A stretch of 64,000 nt of DNA. It comes from a virus. The notes beneath the pieces were generated by a model. The model worked only from the letters and a program-made list of their open reading frames with translations. It searched no databases and had not been told where the DNA came from. Location: positions 11,340-75,339 of the IMG/VR virus record IMGVR_UViG_3300036791_001436; one strand, 5' to 3'. Positions 20,561-30,169 of this stretch are shown here, in pieces. Both the position numbers and the translations under genes were made by a program. Within the stretch, counting starts at the first letter, position 1, and each line of letters begins with the position of its first letter.

Positions 20561-21742
20561 ATGGGCACAGCGGCATTCTCCTCGGACACCCACGTTACGA
20601 CCCAGCAGCCTAATGGGCTGGGCCTGACGAAGGCTATCCTGTTTGCCTCGACCGGAGGCTCGCAGCAGCCTGCCCAGAGCGCTCAGACTCCTGTCATGCC
20701 GATCCAGGCGCAGGCGCTGTACTACTTGTCGTCTGACTACTATGTGCTGGCAGGGTTCAACGGGCAGACATCCATTTCAGTCGTCTGGCTGGCTCAGGAC
20801 CGAACGACTGTAGTAGCAGTGAACAACGTCTTCGGAAAGGACTATCGGGGAGCACCTGCTCCAGCGGCAGCTCTCTTGGGACTACAGCAGATCCTGGCAG
20901 CGCCTGTCAATGCCGTGTATGCGGTGACGTCGTATAACTGTACTTGGCCATCTGGTGCTTCGGCGGGGAGTGCATATGCAGGGTCAGGCACTGCACCTAA
21001 CGCAGCCACCGGGTCTGGGGCTGGTATGCAGTTCAACCAGACTCAGGATCCTACCACCTACCAGAACGGTGTGGCCGGGTCATATGTGGTTCCTAATGGG
21101 GCGGTATGGACGATCCCAGGAGGTGCCTCGTATGTGCGGATCAACTCCACGTGGGTAGTGACCTCGAACGCAATTACGATATCCCCAGGTACCATATTGT
21201 TATCGACGCACAATATCGGGGCTCTCTCATTCGCGTTCCCTCCTGGTACGGGGTATTCCCATGCGGACGTCTACCTGTGCGGTTGTGGAGGCAATGGGTC
21301 AGGAGTGAACACTGGGTCAGGGAAGAGCTACAGCGTTGCGGATGTTGGAGGCTCTGGTGCCAGCTCGTGCATCGCTACTGGGGTTGCAGTATCACCTGGG
21401 AGTTCAACGGTCAACTACAATCTGTCTGGGATTCCTGGGTCTCCTTCAACGCTAACTGGGGCAGGTCTCAATCTCATATGCCCCTCTGGGAACAGCGCGA
21501 CTTCCAGTGCAGAAGGGGCTGCGCCAGCGCCAGCTACAGGGGGGACCACCAACTGGACTGGTAGAGCCGGCGGGCTAACCAACTCCTGGGATGGTGGGGG
21601 CTGCTATGATCCCAGTGGTGCCGTTGCCGACAACGTTACCGATGGCTCTGTAGGTTCTGGGAATGGGGTGGGAGGTGCAGGTACCTACTATTCACCCTCC
21701 GCTGGAGGTCCTGCGTTCTTACAGATCATCGCCCGTGCTTAG
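20561..21742 (+). CDS. Tail fibre / receptor-binding region (CBM-like plus Gly-rich domain), in frame with the upstream gene
   Basis: Gly/Ser-rich, with V.L.G.GG.G glycine-rich domain motif; same frame as 18521-20554. Confidence 0.6.
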   Translation: MGTAAFSSDTHVTTQQPNGLGLTKAILFASTGGSQQPAQSAQTPVMPIQAQALYYLSSDYYVLAGFNGQTSISVVWLAQDRTTVVAVNNVFGKDYRGAPAPAAALLGLQQILAAPVNAVYAVTSYNCTWPSGASAGSAYAGSGTAPNAATGSGAGMQFNQTQDPTTYQNGVAGSYVVPNGAVWTIPGGASYVRINSTWVVTSNAITISPGTILLSTHNIGALSFAFPPGTGYSHADVYLCGCGGNGSGVNTGSGKSYSVADVGGSGASSCIATGVAVSPGSSTVNYNLSGIPGSPSTLTGAGLNLICPSGNSATSSAEGAAPAPATGGTTNWTGRAGGLTNSWDGGGCYDPSGAVADNVTDGSVGSGNGVGGAGTYYSPSAGGPAFLQIIARA

Positions 21743-21764
21743 AGGTTAGAGGTTAGAGGCCCCC

Positions 21765-22502
21765 ATGCTGCTCAACACTGACATTCGACTTGCCCCGCAC
21801 ACGCAGACCGTGGAACGCTGTTCCCTTGATGAGATGATGGCTGCTCGGGACCCTGACGTGTGGCCGTGGGTGAAGAGATACCGCTATATCACAGTCGAGG
21901 AGGTGCTCGCTGACTATGACGACTCAACTACGTCATTGGAGATCAAGAATTGTGCCTCCACTGAGTACCTTAGGGAACACGTTGGGGACAACCTGCTGGA
22001 CGTGAACGAGTACATGTATTCCCATGAAGAGTGGGGTCCAATGGTGTGCACCTGGACGATGTACTTGACCTTCGCCCACAATAATGCTCGGGTCCCTGAA
22101 GACGGCTCTGGGCCCCTAATGGCTCAGTGGATCCAGCACTATATGGCTTTGGCGTTGGTCCGCTTTCATCCCTGGTCGAGAGCGCGGGGCATGGTGGAGC
22201 AGCTACTGGCGCACCAGAACATGAAGTTTGTTTCTAGGGAGGCTGCTCAGATTGTGCTGGACTATGTAGTTCAGGGGCATCCCAATCCAGGGAGGTTTTT
22301 GTGTAAGCCGGAGGTAGCGCCCAAGTTCGTAGGGGCAGGTTGGGCTCTGGAGCAGCTAGCAGCGTTTCCCGCCCCTGACTTTCCCCCGTCTTATGATCGC
22401 AAGCCTGACAAGCCTCCTCCTGATCAGGCGGAAGGGACCCCTGTCCATGAGCTCCCTTCCTTCCCTGTTCCTTCCCATTCTTCATCGGCTAAGAGTACGT
22501 AG
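21765..22502 (+). CDS. Hypothetical protein, possible GNAT-like fold
   Basis: LVRFHPWSRARGMVEQLL resembles the acetyl-CoA-binding motif; weak. Confidence 0.4.
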   Translation: MLLNTDIRLAPHTQTVERCSLDEMMAARDPDVWPWVKRYRYITVEEVLADYDDSTTSLEIKNCASTEYLREHVGDNLLDVNEYMYSHEEWGPMVCTWTMYLTFAHNNARVPEDGSGPLMAQWIQHYMALALVRFHPWSRARGMVEQLLAHQNMKFVSREAAQIVLDYVVQGHPNPGRFLCKPEVAPKFVGAGWALEQLAAFPAPDFPPSYDRKPDKPPPDQAEGTPVHELPSFPVPSHSSSAKST

Positions 22503-22568
22503 GTTCGGTTCGCCCCTTTCCTTGCGTACTCCTTAGGGCAGGGCCTCCGATGGCCTCTCGGGGGTCCT
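22493..22568. terminator. Hairpins between convergent operons
   Basis: GAGTACGTAGG/CCTTGCGTACTC and AGGGCCTCCGA/TCGGGGGTCCT stems. Confidence 0.45.
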
Positions 22569-22616
22569 GATCCCTATGCCTCTGCCCTCCAGAGTTCTCC
22601 CTCCATAGGGTGAGGG

Positions 22617-22650
22617 TCCGGCCTCTCCCTATCTATTCCGTTGCTGTAAC
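22617..22650 (-). repeat. 34-bp dispersed direct repeat, copy 1
   Basis: tccggcctctccctatctattccgttgctgtaac; 31/34 identical to 48167-48200. Confidence 0.8.
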
Positions 22651-22651
22651 G

Positions 22652-23140
22652 CTAACCGAACTCCCAAGGGAAGACGACCCAATTATTCGGTATCTCGGTA
22701 CCAGGGAACGAGATCGGAGGGCGGTGCCCCTTGTAGAACATCACCGCAGTAGTGGCTTCAGGGAGTAGCCAGCGCGCCCAGGTCATAGTGCGCCCTGTAT
22801 CCCAGAGGTCGTCGACGATCAGCGAGTCCGGGTTGTTGTACTTGGCTCGGTATTCTGGCAGAGTCATCTGCGGGCGCGGGAGCAGCTCCCCTAGTCGACG
22901 ACCGTCCTTATACCCCATTACCCGAACGGATTCAAGGTTGGTCACGTTGAACCTATGGCTGAGCAGAAGGCCAGCGAACCACCCACCACGCCCTATAGCG
23001 AGCAATCGGTCAGGCTTGTACTTGTGCTCAAGCATAACCCTATGCAGGTGATTGACCGCTAGCTCCGCGGTCGCCCAACTGACGTATACCTTAGGTGCCG
23101 GCTCAGGAGCGACCGCGCGTGAGTTAAGCTCTGACGGCAT
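22652..23140 (-). CDS. Type I phosphoribosyltransferase (xanthine/guanine PRTase-like)
   Basis: AIGRGG, PRPP-binding motif LIVDDLWDTGRT, WVVFPWE C-terminus; GAAGGAG RBS before 23140. Confidence 0.85.
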   Translation of the reverse strand: MPSELNSRAVAPEPAPKVYVSWATAELAVNHLHRVMLEHKYKPDRLLAIGRGGWFAGLLLSHRFNVTNLESVRVMGYKDGRRLGELLPRPQMTLPEYRAKYNNPDSLIVDDLWDTGRTMTWARWLLPEATTAVMFYKGHRPPISFPGTEIPNNWVVFPWEFG

Positions 23141-23870
23141 CGAAGAACTCCTTCCGCAGAGGCGGGTTGGTGAGGAATCGTCCGCCACAGCGGTCGGTGA
23201 CAGTCTTGGAGTTTTGCTGTTGAGCGCCCCTGGCCTTCATGCACATGTGCGTTGCCTTGATGCACACAGCGATGTCCGTGGTGCCGAGGATGTATGCCAG
23301 CGCCTCGTAGATCTGTGCAGTCAGACGTTCCTGCACTTGAGGGCGCCGAGCGAAGAACTCTGCCACACGGGCGAACTTGGATAGGCCGAGGAGTTTGCGG
23401 TTGGGAATGTAGGCGATGTGCGCCACCCCGTCAATAGGCATCAGGTGATGCTCGCATAGACTCATGATCTGGATATCCTGCACCAGCACCATCTGGTCGT
23501 AGGCGCCGTGTGCTTCCTCTGGGGGAGGGGCGTTACTGCCGGTCCCTGTAGCGGCGGGGACTAGTACGGGCCGAAGCACACCATTCGGCACCACCGTGCA
23601 CTCAGGGAAGCGTTCGTAATCCAGGCCGGCACAGAACTCCTCAATGAACATCTTCGCATACCGGGCCGGTGTACGCATTAGGGAAGGATTGGTCAGGTCC
23701 AGCCCAAGATGGTTCAGGGCGATGCACAAGGACTCTTCGATGTAGGACTCTGCCAGTTTGAAGTCCGGGTCGTCCTTGAGAGGGGTCTCGAACCCCATCT
23801 TGACAAGGTGTTTGCGGACCTCCTCGCCTAGGGCGGGGTTGGTGATGTACTCGCTACCGAGTCGTGCCAT
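23124..23870 (-). CDS. folE: GTP cyclohydrolase I
   Basis: TP.R.AK, SLCEHHL.P, GLSK..R, RPQVQERLT, HMCM.ARG. Confidence 0.95.
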   Translation of the reverse strand: MARLGSEYITNPALGEEVRKHLVKMGFETPLKDDPDFKLAESYIEESLCIALNHLGLDLTNPSLMRTPARYAKMFIEEFCAGLDYERFPECTVVPNGVLRPVLVPAATGTGSNAPPPEEAHGAYDQMVLVQDIQIMSLCEHHLMPIDGVAHIAYIPNRKLLGLSKFARVAEFFARRPQVQERLTAQIYEALAYILGTTDIAVCIKATHMCMKARGAQQQNSKTVTDRCGGRFLTNPPLRKEFFDAVRA

Positions 23871-24153
23871 TCGTAGCCTCTGCCTGCTTGCGTTGCGCCA
23901 TTTGGTCCATCTTGCGGCGGCGCTTGATTTCCCTGCGGACGAACCATAGAGCTTTCTCTAGGTCTTCGTACGGGCAAGGGTGCTTCTCGTCACACCGCCA
24001 GAGGTATTGCATGGCGCTGCCGATGTTGAACGGCATGTGCTCGACTATCTCGATGCACTCTACGCCCGAGGGGTGATGGTTGTAATGAGGCGGGTGGTTG
24101 ATCATATCTACCACCGCAGGCTCGTGTTCACGTGGAACGACTGTCATTGACAT
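23854..24153 (-). CDS. DUF3310 protein (T7 gp1.7-like putative nucleotide kinase)
   Basis: D.INHP.HY, ECIEI, G.A..YLWR, EDL.KA.W. Confidence 0.8.
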   Translation of the reverse strand: MSMTVVPREHEPAVVDMINHPPHYNHHPSGVECIEIVEHMPFNIGSAMQYLWRCDEKHPCPYEDLEKALWFVRREIKRRRKMDQMAQRKQAEATNGTTR

Positions 24154-26594
24154 GTGCTATATCCGCATCCCTTACAGATCATGCATCCCGATTCAGAGAC
24201 GTACTTGTATTCGTAGCACTTCGGGCACTGCTGGACCATCGCTGCCAGTATGCGCGCCTCGACTGCACTGAAGTCCATGTCGATAAGCCGAGGCTTAGAA
24301 GGGCTCAGGGGCACCACCTTATGTTCCGGAGGCTCTGTAGCTGGCTGGTACAGAGGATCGAACGGAGGGGTCATCTGCTCCAGCTTCGAGCCGATGTAGG
24401 CGACTAGACTGGGATAGTACTGGCCTTCTGCCCATGCCCCTTCCAAGCTGCTTAGCTGCTTCAGTTCCTTTGCCAGGTCTTCAAGGGTGAACCCGTACCG
24501 GAGTACTAAGCTCATGAGTAGGGAGGTAGTGGTCGTCCACTCCATGCTGCGCTGGTCTTTGGAGTTGAAGAATATCTCCCAGGGAGTTCCATCCGGAAGA
24601 TAGTTGATCGTCAGGTAGAGGGCGGAGTTGAGGTTTGGCCAGCGGAGCTTGATTGTTCGGCCGACGAGCATTTCACTTCGCTCACGGCTGCCATTCCCGT
24701 TCGTGCCATTCTCTTGGTGCGGAGTCTCGTCAGGCGTCTCACCAGCCCGGGAGAGAATCGCTCCACGCACATCGCTAGGGCGATAAGTTGTACAGCCTTT
24801 GCAGCCGGCGTCATACGCGAGGGAGTAGACATTGCGGAACTCCTCAAACGTGGTCTCCTTGGGGAGGTTGATAGTCTTGCTGATGCTTGCGTCGATCCAC
24901 TTCTGGCAGACTTCCTGCATCCGAATGTGTTCGTGGATCGCCACATCCTCTGCCGTGTTCATATGGCGAGGGAGCTCGTCGTCGGGGTGCAGAGAATGCC
25001 AAAGCTTGGCAGCGTAGGAGTACTCGGTATAGGGTTTGTAGCTACCATCACCCTGCAGGACGTTCCTCTGCATCTCGTGGGCGAACGTTGGCTCGAGCCC
25101 GCCGTCGATGTTGCCGTAGGCGATTGAGGTAGTGCCCGTTGGAGCGACGGTTAGGAGCACCCCATTCCGCAGACCGCGCTCCCGGATCCTATCTTGTAGG
25201 GTGTGGGGCAACATGGTGCCAGCGAACCCTTCGAAGAACTGCTCCGCAGAGAACTTCGGGAATGGGTCCCGCTCGATGGAGAGTTCCACCGACGTCTCGT
25301 ATGCAGTGATGCAGAGGGTCTGGATGATCTGCTCTGCCAGCTGGAAGCTGCGCACACTTCCGTAGCGGGTCCCCATCTGGGCGAATGCGTCGCCGAGACC
25401 AGCAACTCCGAGTCCCAAGCGGCGCTTGGCGATCTCTTCTTCACGTTGCTGTGGGAGTGGGTAGTTTGTGACGTCGATCACGTTGTCGAGGAATCTGGTG
25501 CCGATCCGTGCGACGGTCTTCAGGAGCTCGAAGTCGAAGTAGGCGTCGTCGGTGAATGGCTTCTGCACCATCCTGGATAGGTTCACCGCACCTAGGTTGC
25601 ACGTACCGTGTGGCGGTAGCGGTTGCTCGCCGCAAGGGTTCGTACAGTGGATGTACTCGCAGTACTGCAGGTTGTTGAGGTCGTTGATGCGATCAATGAA
25701 GATGACACCGGGCTCTGCGTATTCATAGGTTGACTGAAGAATTTGATCCCAGAGATCTCGGGCTCGGTGGACTGCGTACACGTACTGCTTGAGTCCTGTC
25801 TCGTCTTCGTCCCAGTCCAGGTCGATCAACTTGCGAGGGCGCTCGAATGCAGGGGGAACGTCGAAATGTAGGTACCAGTCTTCGTCCTCTTCGATTGCTC
25901 CCATGAAGGCGTCGGAGATCAGGACGGACACGTTGAAGTTGGTCAGCCGACCCTTCTCATGCTTGGCGGTAACGAACTTCAGGAGGTCAGGGTGGGTGTC
26001 GCTGATGGTCGCCATCATGGCGCCGCGACGGTCTCCAGCGGACTTGACAGTTGAACATGCAGAATTCCAGGTATCCATAAAAGGAAGTGGACCTGATGCA
26101 ACTGACCCCGTCCGTCTGAGAATGGCACCGGAAGGACGTAGCGTGGAGAAGTCAGTGCCGATGCCGCCGCCTTGCTGCCCAGTGAGCATGATATGCTTGA
26201 GCGCATCTGCAATGAACTCCATGCTGTCTTCAATGCGGTCGTTGACGTAGCAGTTCATCAAGGTGACTACCTTGGCAGTGCCGGCGCCAGCCAGGATACG
26301 GCCGCCAGGCATCCAGAGGTAGTTCTTCATCGCCACTTCGGCGAGGTCTCGGTTCTTGGAACCGATGTCACTCAGGTCCTTGACGTAGATCCCGGACACT
26401 ACTCGCGAGCACAGATCGTCCCAGGTCTCGATGCCGTAAGCGTACTTGCTCTTGAATATGTCGGCGACCAGGGGGCTGGAGTAGATGTCGAAGGAGTCGT
26501 GCTCCTTCGGGCGCTGGGAGAGGGTGTTGCGTTCTGCTTCGAACCACTCTGCCGAATTGTATTCAGGGGCTGGGGCTGGCTTACGGAGGGCCAT
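24144..26594 (-). CDS. nrdJ: Class II (adenosylcobalamin) ribonucleotide reductase with TSCPD domain and Zn ribbon
   Basis: PGGRIL, NCYV, GGGIG.DFS.LRP, TNPCGEQPL, CNLG, APTGT, ISKTIN, KG.T.YR, terminal CPKC..GC..C..CGYSTC; no beta subunit seen. Confidence 0.93.
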   Translation of the reverse strand: MALRKPAPAPEYNSAEWFEAERNTLSQRPKEHDSFDIYSSPLVADIFKSKYAYGIETWDDLCSRVVSGIYVKDLSDIGSKNRDLAEVAMKNYLWMPGGRILAGAGTAKVVTLMNCYVNDRIEDSMEFIADALKHIMLTGQQGGGIGTDFSTLRPSGAILRRTGSVASGPLPFMDTWNSACSTVKSAGDRRGAMMATISDTHPDLLKFVTAKHEKGRLTNFNVSVLISDAFMGAIEEDEDWYLHFDVPPAFERPRKLIDLDWDEDETGLKQYVYAVHRARDLWDQILQSTYEYAEPGVIFIDRINDLNNLQYCEYIHCTNPCGEQPLPPHGTCNLGAVNLSRMVQKPFTDDAYFDFELLKTVARIGTRFLDNVIDVTNYPLPQQREEEIAKRRLGLGVAGLGDAFAQMGTRYGSVRSFQLAEQIIQTLCITAYETSVELSIERDPFPKFSAEQFFEGFAGTMLPHTLQDRIRERGLRNGVLLTVAPTGTTSIAYGNIDGGLEPTFAHEMQRNVLQGDGSYKPYTEYSYAAKLWHSLHPDDELPRHMNTAEDVAIHEHIRMQEVCQKWIDASISKTINLPKETTFEEFRNVYSLAYDAGCKGCTTYRPSDVRGAILSRAGETPDETPHQENGTNGNGSRERSEMLVGRTIKLRWPNLNSALYLTINYLPDGTPWEIFFNSKDQRSMEWTTTTSLLMSLVLRYGFTLEDLAKELKQLSSLEGAWAEGQYYPSLVAYIGSKLEQMTPPFDPLYQPATEPPEHKVVPLSPSKPRLIDMDFSAVEARILAAMVQQCPKCYEYKYVSESGCMICKGCGYSTCQ

Positions 26595-26602
26595 CGGTAC
26601 CT

Positions 26603-26941
26603 CTACTGTGCGACGCGTTCAATCTCTGTGAAGGTATCCGTCTGCGGACGGATCGGCGGTGCAGTGCGGATCAGAGCGCGAAGGGTTACCACCTCGCATA
26701 GAGTATGGCCCTTCTTGCGGTGGCCACCCATCACCACGCGATCCATGAGCGTTGCCGCTCGATCTGCGAGTCGTGGGCTGATCGAGAACTGCCCAAGGTT
26801 CTTGATGGCGGTTATCAGCACCCCTACGGTGAGTGCCCCGCTCCCGCGGAAGTATGCGTGCGACAGGATCCAGAATTGGGTAGTGGCCTGTTCGTTGGAT
26901 TCTGGGTCATAGGCGGGCTTCGGTTGTAGTGACTTTATCAT
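26603..26941 (-). CDS. Hypothetical protein
   Basis: ORF in operon orientation upstream of nrdJ. Confidence 0.5.
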   Translation of the reverse strand: MIKSLQPKPAYDPESNEQATTQFWILSHAYFRGSGALTVGVLITAIKNLGQFSISPRLADRAATLMDRVVMGGHRKKGHTLCEVVTLRALIRTAPPIRPQTDTFTEIERVAQ

Positions 26942-27075
26942 TGTTGGTCTTCCCCTATCCTCAACGAGGATGAGCCCCCAGCCAGCGGTACCTGACTGAG
27001 GGCTCCCCTTGTGTCACCTCGCGGATGTGTGCCGGCTTACAGGCACCGCAAGGCTTAGCAAGTCTGCGTTACCCG

Positions 27076-27582
27076 CTATGCCTTCGGCTGCGGGAGATCG
27101 GCCGGATGCGTTGGATGCGAGTCGGCGTCGATCACCACCCAGCGGAAGCCGACATAGGGGATGTAGACGAGGATCATGACGTCGCCCTGCACCCCTCCGA
27201 GCGGCGGCCACACGGTGCCAGGCGGCAGCGCGATGGGATGCTCCGGCGTTCCCGTGACAACCGGCGGCAGCGTGTTGTCCACGTGCGGCGGTGCTTCACC
27301 TCCCCAGATCCCCGGGGGAGGCGGAGGGAGAGTGTTGTCGGGCCCGACAGGCGGCGGCCAGAGACCCACAGCCGGCGGCAGTCCCTGATCCGGATGGGGA
27401 GGCGGAGCACCACCCCAGATCCCCGGAGGCGCTCCACCTGGGGCGATCGGGTGGCTCGGTGCCCCTGGACCCGGCCAGACGCTCGGCGGAGAACCGCCAG
27501 GTGCAATGGGGTGGGTAGGCGTTCCGCCTCCGCCACCGCTGTGTGCCAACGGTGTGATCAGGGCGAGGAAGGGTTCAGACAT
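27076..27582 (-). CDS. Pro/Gly-rich repeat protein (HPIAPGG / PPGIWGG / DNTLPP repeats)
   Basis: GGAG RBS, own promoter, C/G-ending codons. Confidence 0.7.
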   Translation of the reverse strand: MSEPFLALITPLAHSGGGGGTPTHPIAPGGSPPSVWPGPGAPSHPIAPGGAPPGIWGGAPPPHPDQGLPPAVGLWPPPVGPDNTLPPPPPGIWGGEAPPHVDNTLPPVVTGTPEHPIALPPGTVWPPLGGVQGDVMILVYIPYVGFRWVVIDADSHPTHPADLPQPKA

Positions 27583-27677
27583 AACTTCTACTCTCTCCTA
27601 AGTAGTGGCGTCTGCCACGGTTGAACGCACTTGTCTCGCCCCCGCCGTACTCTTCGGTCTCACTATATGCTATAAGT

Positions 27678-27706
27678 ATTATATAGCATACTAGCGAAGG
27701 AATCAA
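27678..27706 (-). promoter_or_regulatory. sigma70-like promoter
   Basis: GCCTC-TTGATT-N17-TATAAT on minus strand. Confidence 0.75.
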
Positions 27707-27757
27707 GAGGCAAAATGATGGGCGCCCCAATTTACTTTTGGCTCAGTCTTAGCCCTC

Positions 27758-30169
27758 CTATGCCGCCTCCTGTAAGGGTTCCCACTCCTGCATTGCGTCC
27801 GAGTCCCAACGTTCACCGAACTTCGCATCGGCGACGAACGGCACTCGTGTAAGGCCCCAATCTCTTGGTACTCTGGCCATCACCCCGAGCACGTACGTTA
27901 GCGATTCGTCCAAGGCCTGACGGTCCTGACGGATCTTGAAGTAGATGCTGTCGTGCACTAGGTTGCAGATCCTAGCATTCCACCGCTCGCGAAGCACGGG
28001 GGCCACCTCGCAGGCGGCCACGGTGTTGATGTCGGACGCCGTGCTTGAGTGGGGGTAGTTCGCGGCCTCGTTCTCAAGGTCGTGAAGGTTCTCGTAGCTG
28101 ACCACACCCCACCTCTTTTTGCGTCCGAAGTTGGTGATCATCGTCCATCCTCGTGCAGGGGCTTTGCGCGAGTCCATGATGAACTCCTTTGCCCGAGGAA
28201 ACTGGGCAAACCACCCATCGATGTACTCTTGCGCCACTTCGGTCGTGGTGTCGAATTCCTCTGCCAAGGTCCATGCAGTGCGCCCATATACGATACCAAA
28301 CGTGACCGCTTTCGCTCTCATGTACTGCTCGTGGTTGTAGTTCTCCCCAAAGTATCGTCGTGACACAACCTTGTGGATGGAGGTCTTACCCTCCACGTAG
28401 ATCTCGCATAGGGAAGGGTCGCCGCTCATAACAGCGAGGCATCGGAGCTCGGCTTGGTTCAGGTCAGCCTCAACTAACCACTCATCGGGGTCCGCAATGA
28501 ACTGCCGACGGATGAAGGGACCGCGCTCCATGTTCTGTAGGTTGGGGTCCTTAGAGGCTAGACGTCCATTCACAGTCCCATGGATCAGGTAGCTCGTATG
28601 AACCTTCCCGTCCTTGTATCTCCACCCGAGCGCGGGCTTAACGTAAGTGCCGTGGCGTTTGGCGAGCTTCCTTACGCGCTGGATGGGGCGCACAATGGGA
28701 TGATTGTGCTTGCGCTGGATCTGGATGATCGCCTTGGCGTCTGTGGAAGTGCCGATGGGGCCTAGCTTCATCCGGTTGTATAGGAGATCCCCCAGCTGTG
28801 CTGGGGAGTTGACGTTGATCGGGGCCCCGCAGTACTTGATAGCGTATGGCTGGATCTTGGCAACTTCCGCTTCGATCTCATCCTTGCACAGCTTGTCGTT
28901 CGTTGCGACTACTTCTGGGTCTAGGAGGATACCTTCCAGTTCCACCTCTGCCAGCATTTCGGAGGCTGGGATCAGTACACGGCGGTACAGCTTGGAGAGG
29001 TGTGGGTCCTTAGTGATCCGGGGCTGCTGCGCAAAGAATATCTGGTGCGTCTTGGCAATGTCATATGCTTGGTACTTGTAGAGAGCCTCTCTAGGTACGA
29101 GAGCATACGAGCGGTCGGCTTTCTTGTACCGCTTCAGGTATTGGTCTAGTTCCGCCTTGTGATGCGGAGCACCGAGTTCCCGTAGGGCAATTTGATCCAA
29201 GTCGTGCAGACCGCGCGTCTCGTTGAGCGCATAGGACTGTAGCATAGTGTCTTCATCGACACGAGCTCGTATGCCTTCTGCCCGGAAAAACTTAACGTCA
29301 AACTTGCCGTTCTGCCAGATCCATCTGGGTCCACGGGACTCCATGAGCCTCCGGGTAAGAGATTCGGCCCGCCAGATAAGGCGGTTCGGGATGATGTAGA
29401 CATGCTCCCCATTCCACGTTACACCATGTGATATCATCCAGTCGCTGAGGAAGTCGAACCCAGAGGTCTCGATGTCCCCAGTCAGGTACGGTTGCTTGAT
29501 GGCCTTATGTACGAACGCGGCATACTCTGGGATAGTTTTGATCACTCTGTAGGTAGGTGGCTCCCACACATCTGGTGGGCGGTCTTGTGCTAAGAGAACT
29601 GCCTTCTTCAGATCCCGCTGCCACTCCGAGTACCCTCCCCCACCTTGCTTCATCAGGAACGCAGGGTGCACCGCCAGTACTACTCCGTGCTTGGCGAGTG
29701 AGGTGGGGATGACTTGCCCACGCACACGGGTAATCTTGATGTTGGTAATGCCGGTTAGGCTTACGGCTGCATGCTGCCCTAGTGCCAGAATGACTTTGCG
29801 AGGGTGCGCGCGGATCTGGTTGATGAGCCGCTCGTGGCAAATGCTCACAGCCCGTGGCATCCGATCGTCGTCCTTCACCTTCGGGAAGCACTGGATCGCA
29901 TTGAGGATGAGCGGTTTGATGTGGGGAGGCAGACCTACCTTTGCCAGGATGGTCTCTAGCATCTCTCCTGAGGGCCCAACAAACGGGACCCCACGTGACA
30001 GCTCTTGCGCCCCTGGGCTCTCTCCGACTATCACGAATGGAGAATCAGCGGGGCCCCTTCCCCCTACTTTGAGCCCTCCGAAGGGACACCCATTGCAGCC
30101 TACTGGCCGCTGGTCTAGAGGGACCCTAGGAATGAGGCGTAGGGCGGACGCTAGAGGATGGACAGCCAC
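27758..30169 (-). CDS. polA: Family A DNA polymerase with N-terminal family-4 uracil-DNA-glycosylase-like domain and 3'-5' exonuclease
   Basis: UDG: CxxC, GESPG, PFVGPSG, HPA. Exo: DIET, QNGKFD, YQAYD. Pol motifs: A DLNQAELR, B RAKAVTFGIVYG, C VHDSI. Confidence 0.93.
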   Translation of the reverse strand: MAVHPLASALRLIPRVPLDQRPVGCNGCPFGGLKVGGRGPADSPFVIVGESPGAQELSRGVPFVGPSGEMLETILAKVGLPPHIKPLILNAIQCFPKVKDDDRMPRAVSICHERLINQIRAHPRKVILALGQHAAVSLTGITNIKITRVRGQVIPTSLAKHGVVLAVHPAFLMKQGGGGYSEWQRDLKKAVLLAQDRPPDVWEPPTYRVIKTIPEYAAFVHKAIKQPYLTGDIETSGFDFLSDWMISHGVTWNGEHVYIIPNRLIWRAESLTRRLMESRGPRWIWQNGKFDVKFFRAEGIRARVDEDTMLQSYALNETRGLHDLDQIALRELGAPHHKAELDQYLKRYKKADRSYALVPREALYKYQAYDIAKTHQIFFAQQPRITKDPHLSKLYRRVLIPASEMLAEVELEGILLDPEVVATNDKLCKDEIEAEVAKIQPYAIKYCGAPINVNSPAQLGDLLYNRMKLGPIGTSTDAKAIIQIQRKHNHPIVRPIQRVRKLAKRHGTYVKPALGWRYKDGKVHTSYLIHGTVNGRLASKDPNLQNMERGPFIRRQFIADPDEWLVEADLNQAELRCLAVMSGDPSLCEIYVEGKTSIHKVVSRRYFGENYNHEQYMRAKAVTFGIVYGRTAWTLAEEFDTTTEVAQEYIDGWFAQFPRAKEFIMDSRKAPARGWTMITNFGRKKRWGVVSYENLHDLENEAANYPHSSTASDINTVAACEVAPVLRERWNARICNLVHDSIYFKIRQDRQALDESLTYVLGVMARVPRDWGLTRVPFVADAKFGERWDSDAMQEWEPLQEAA

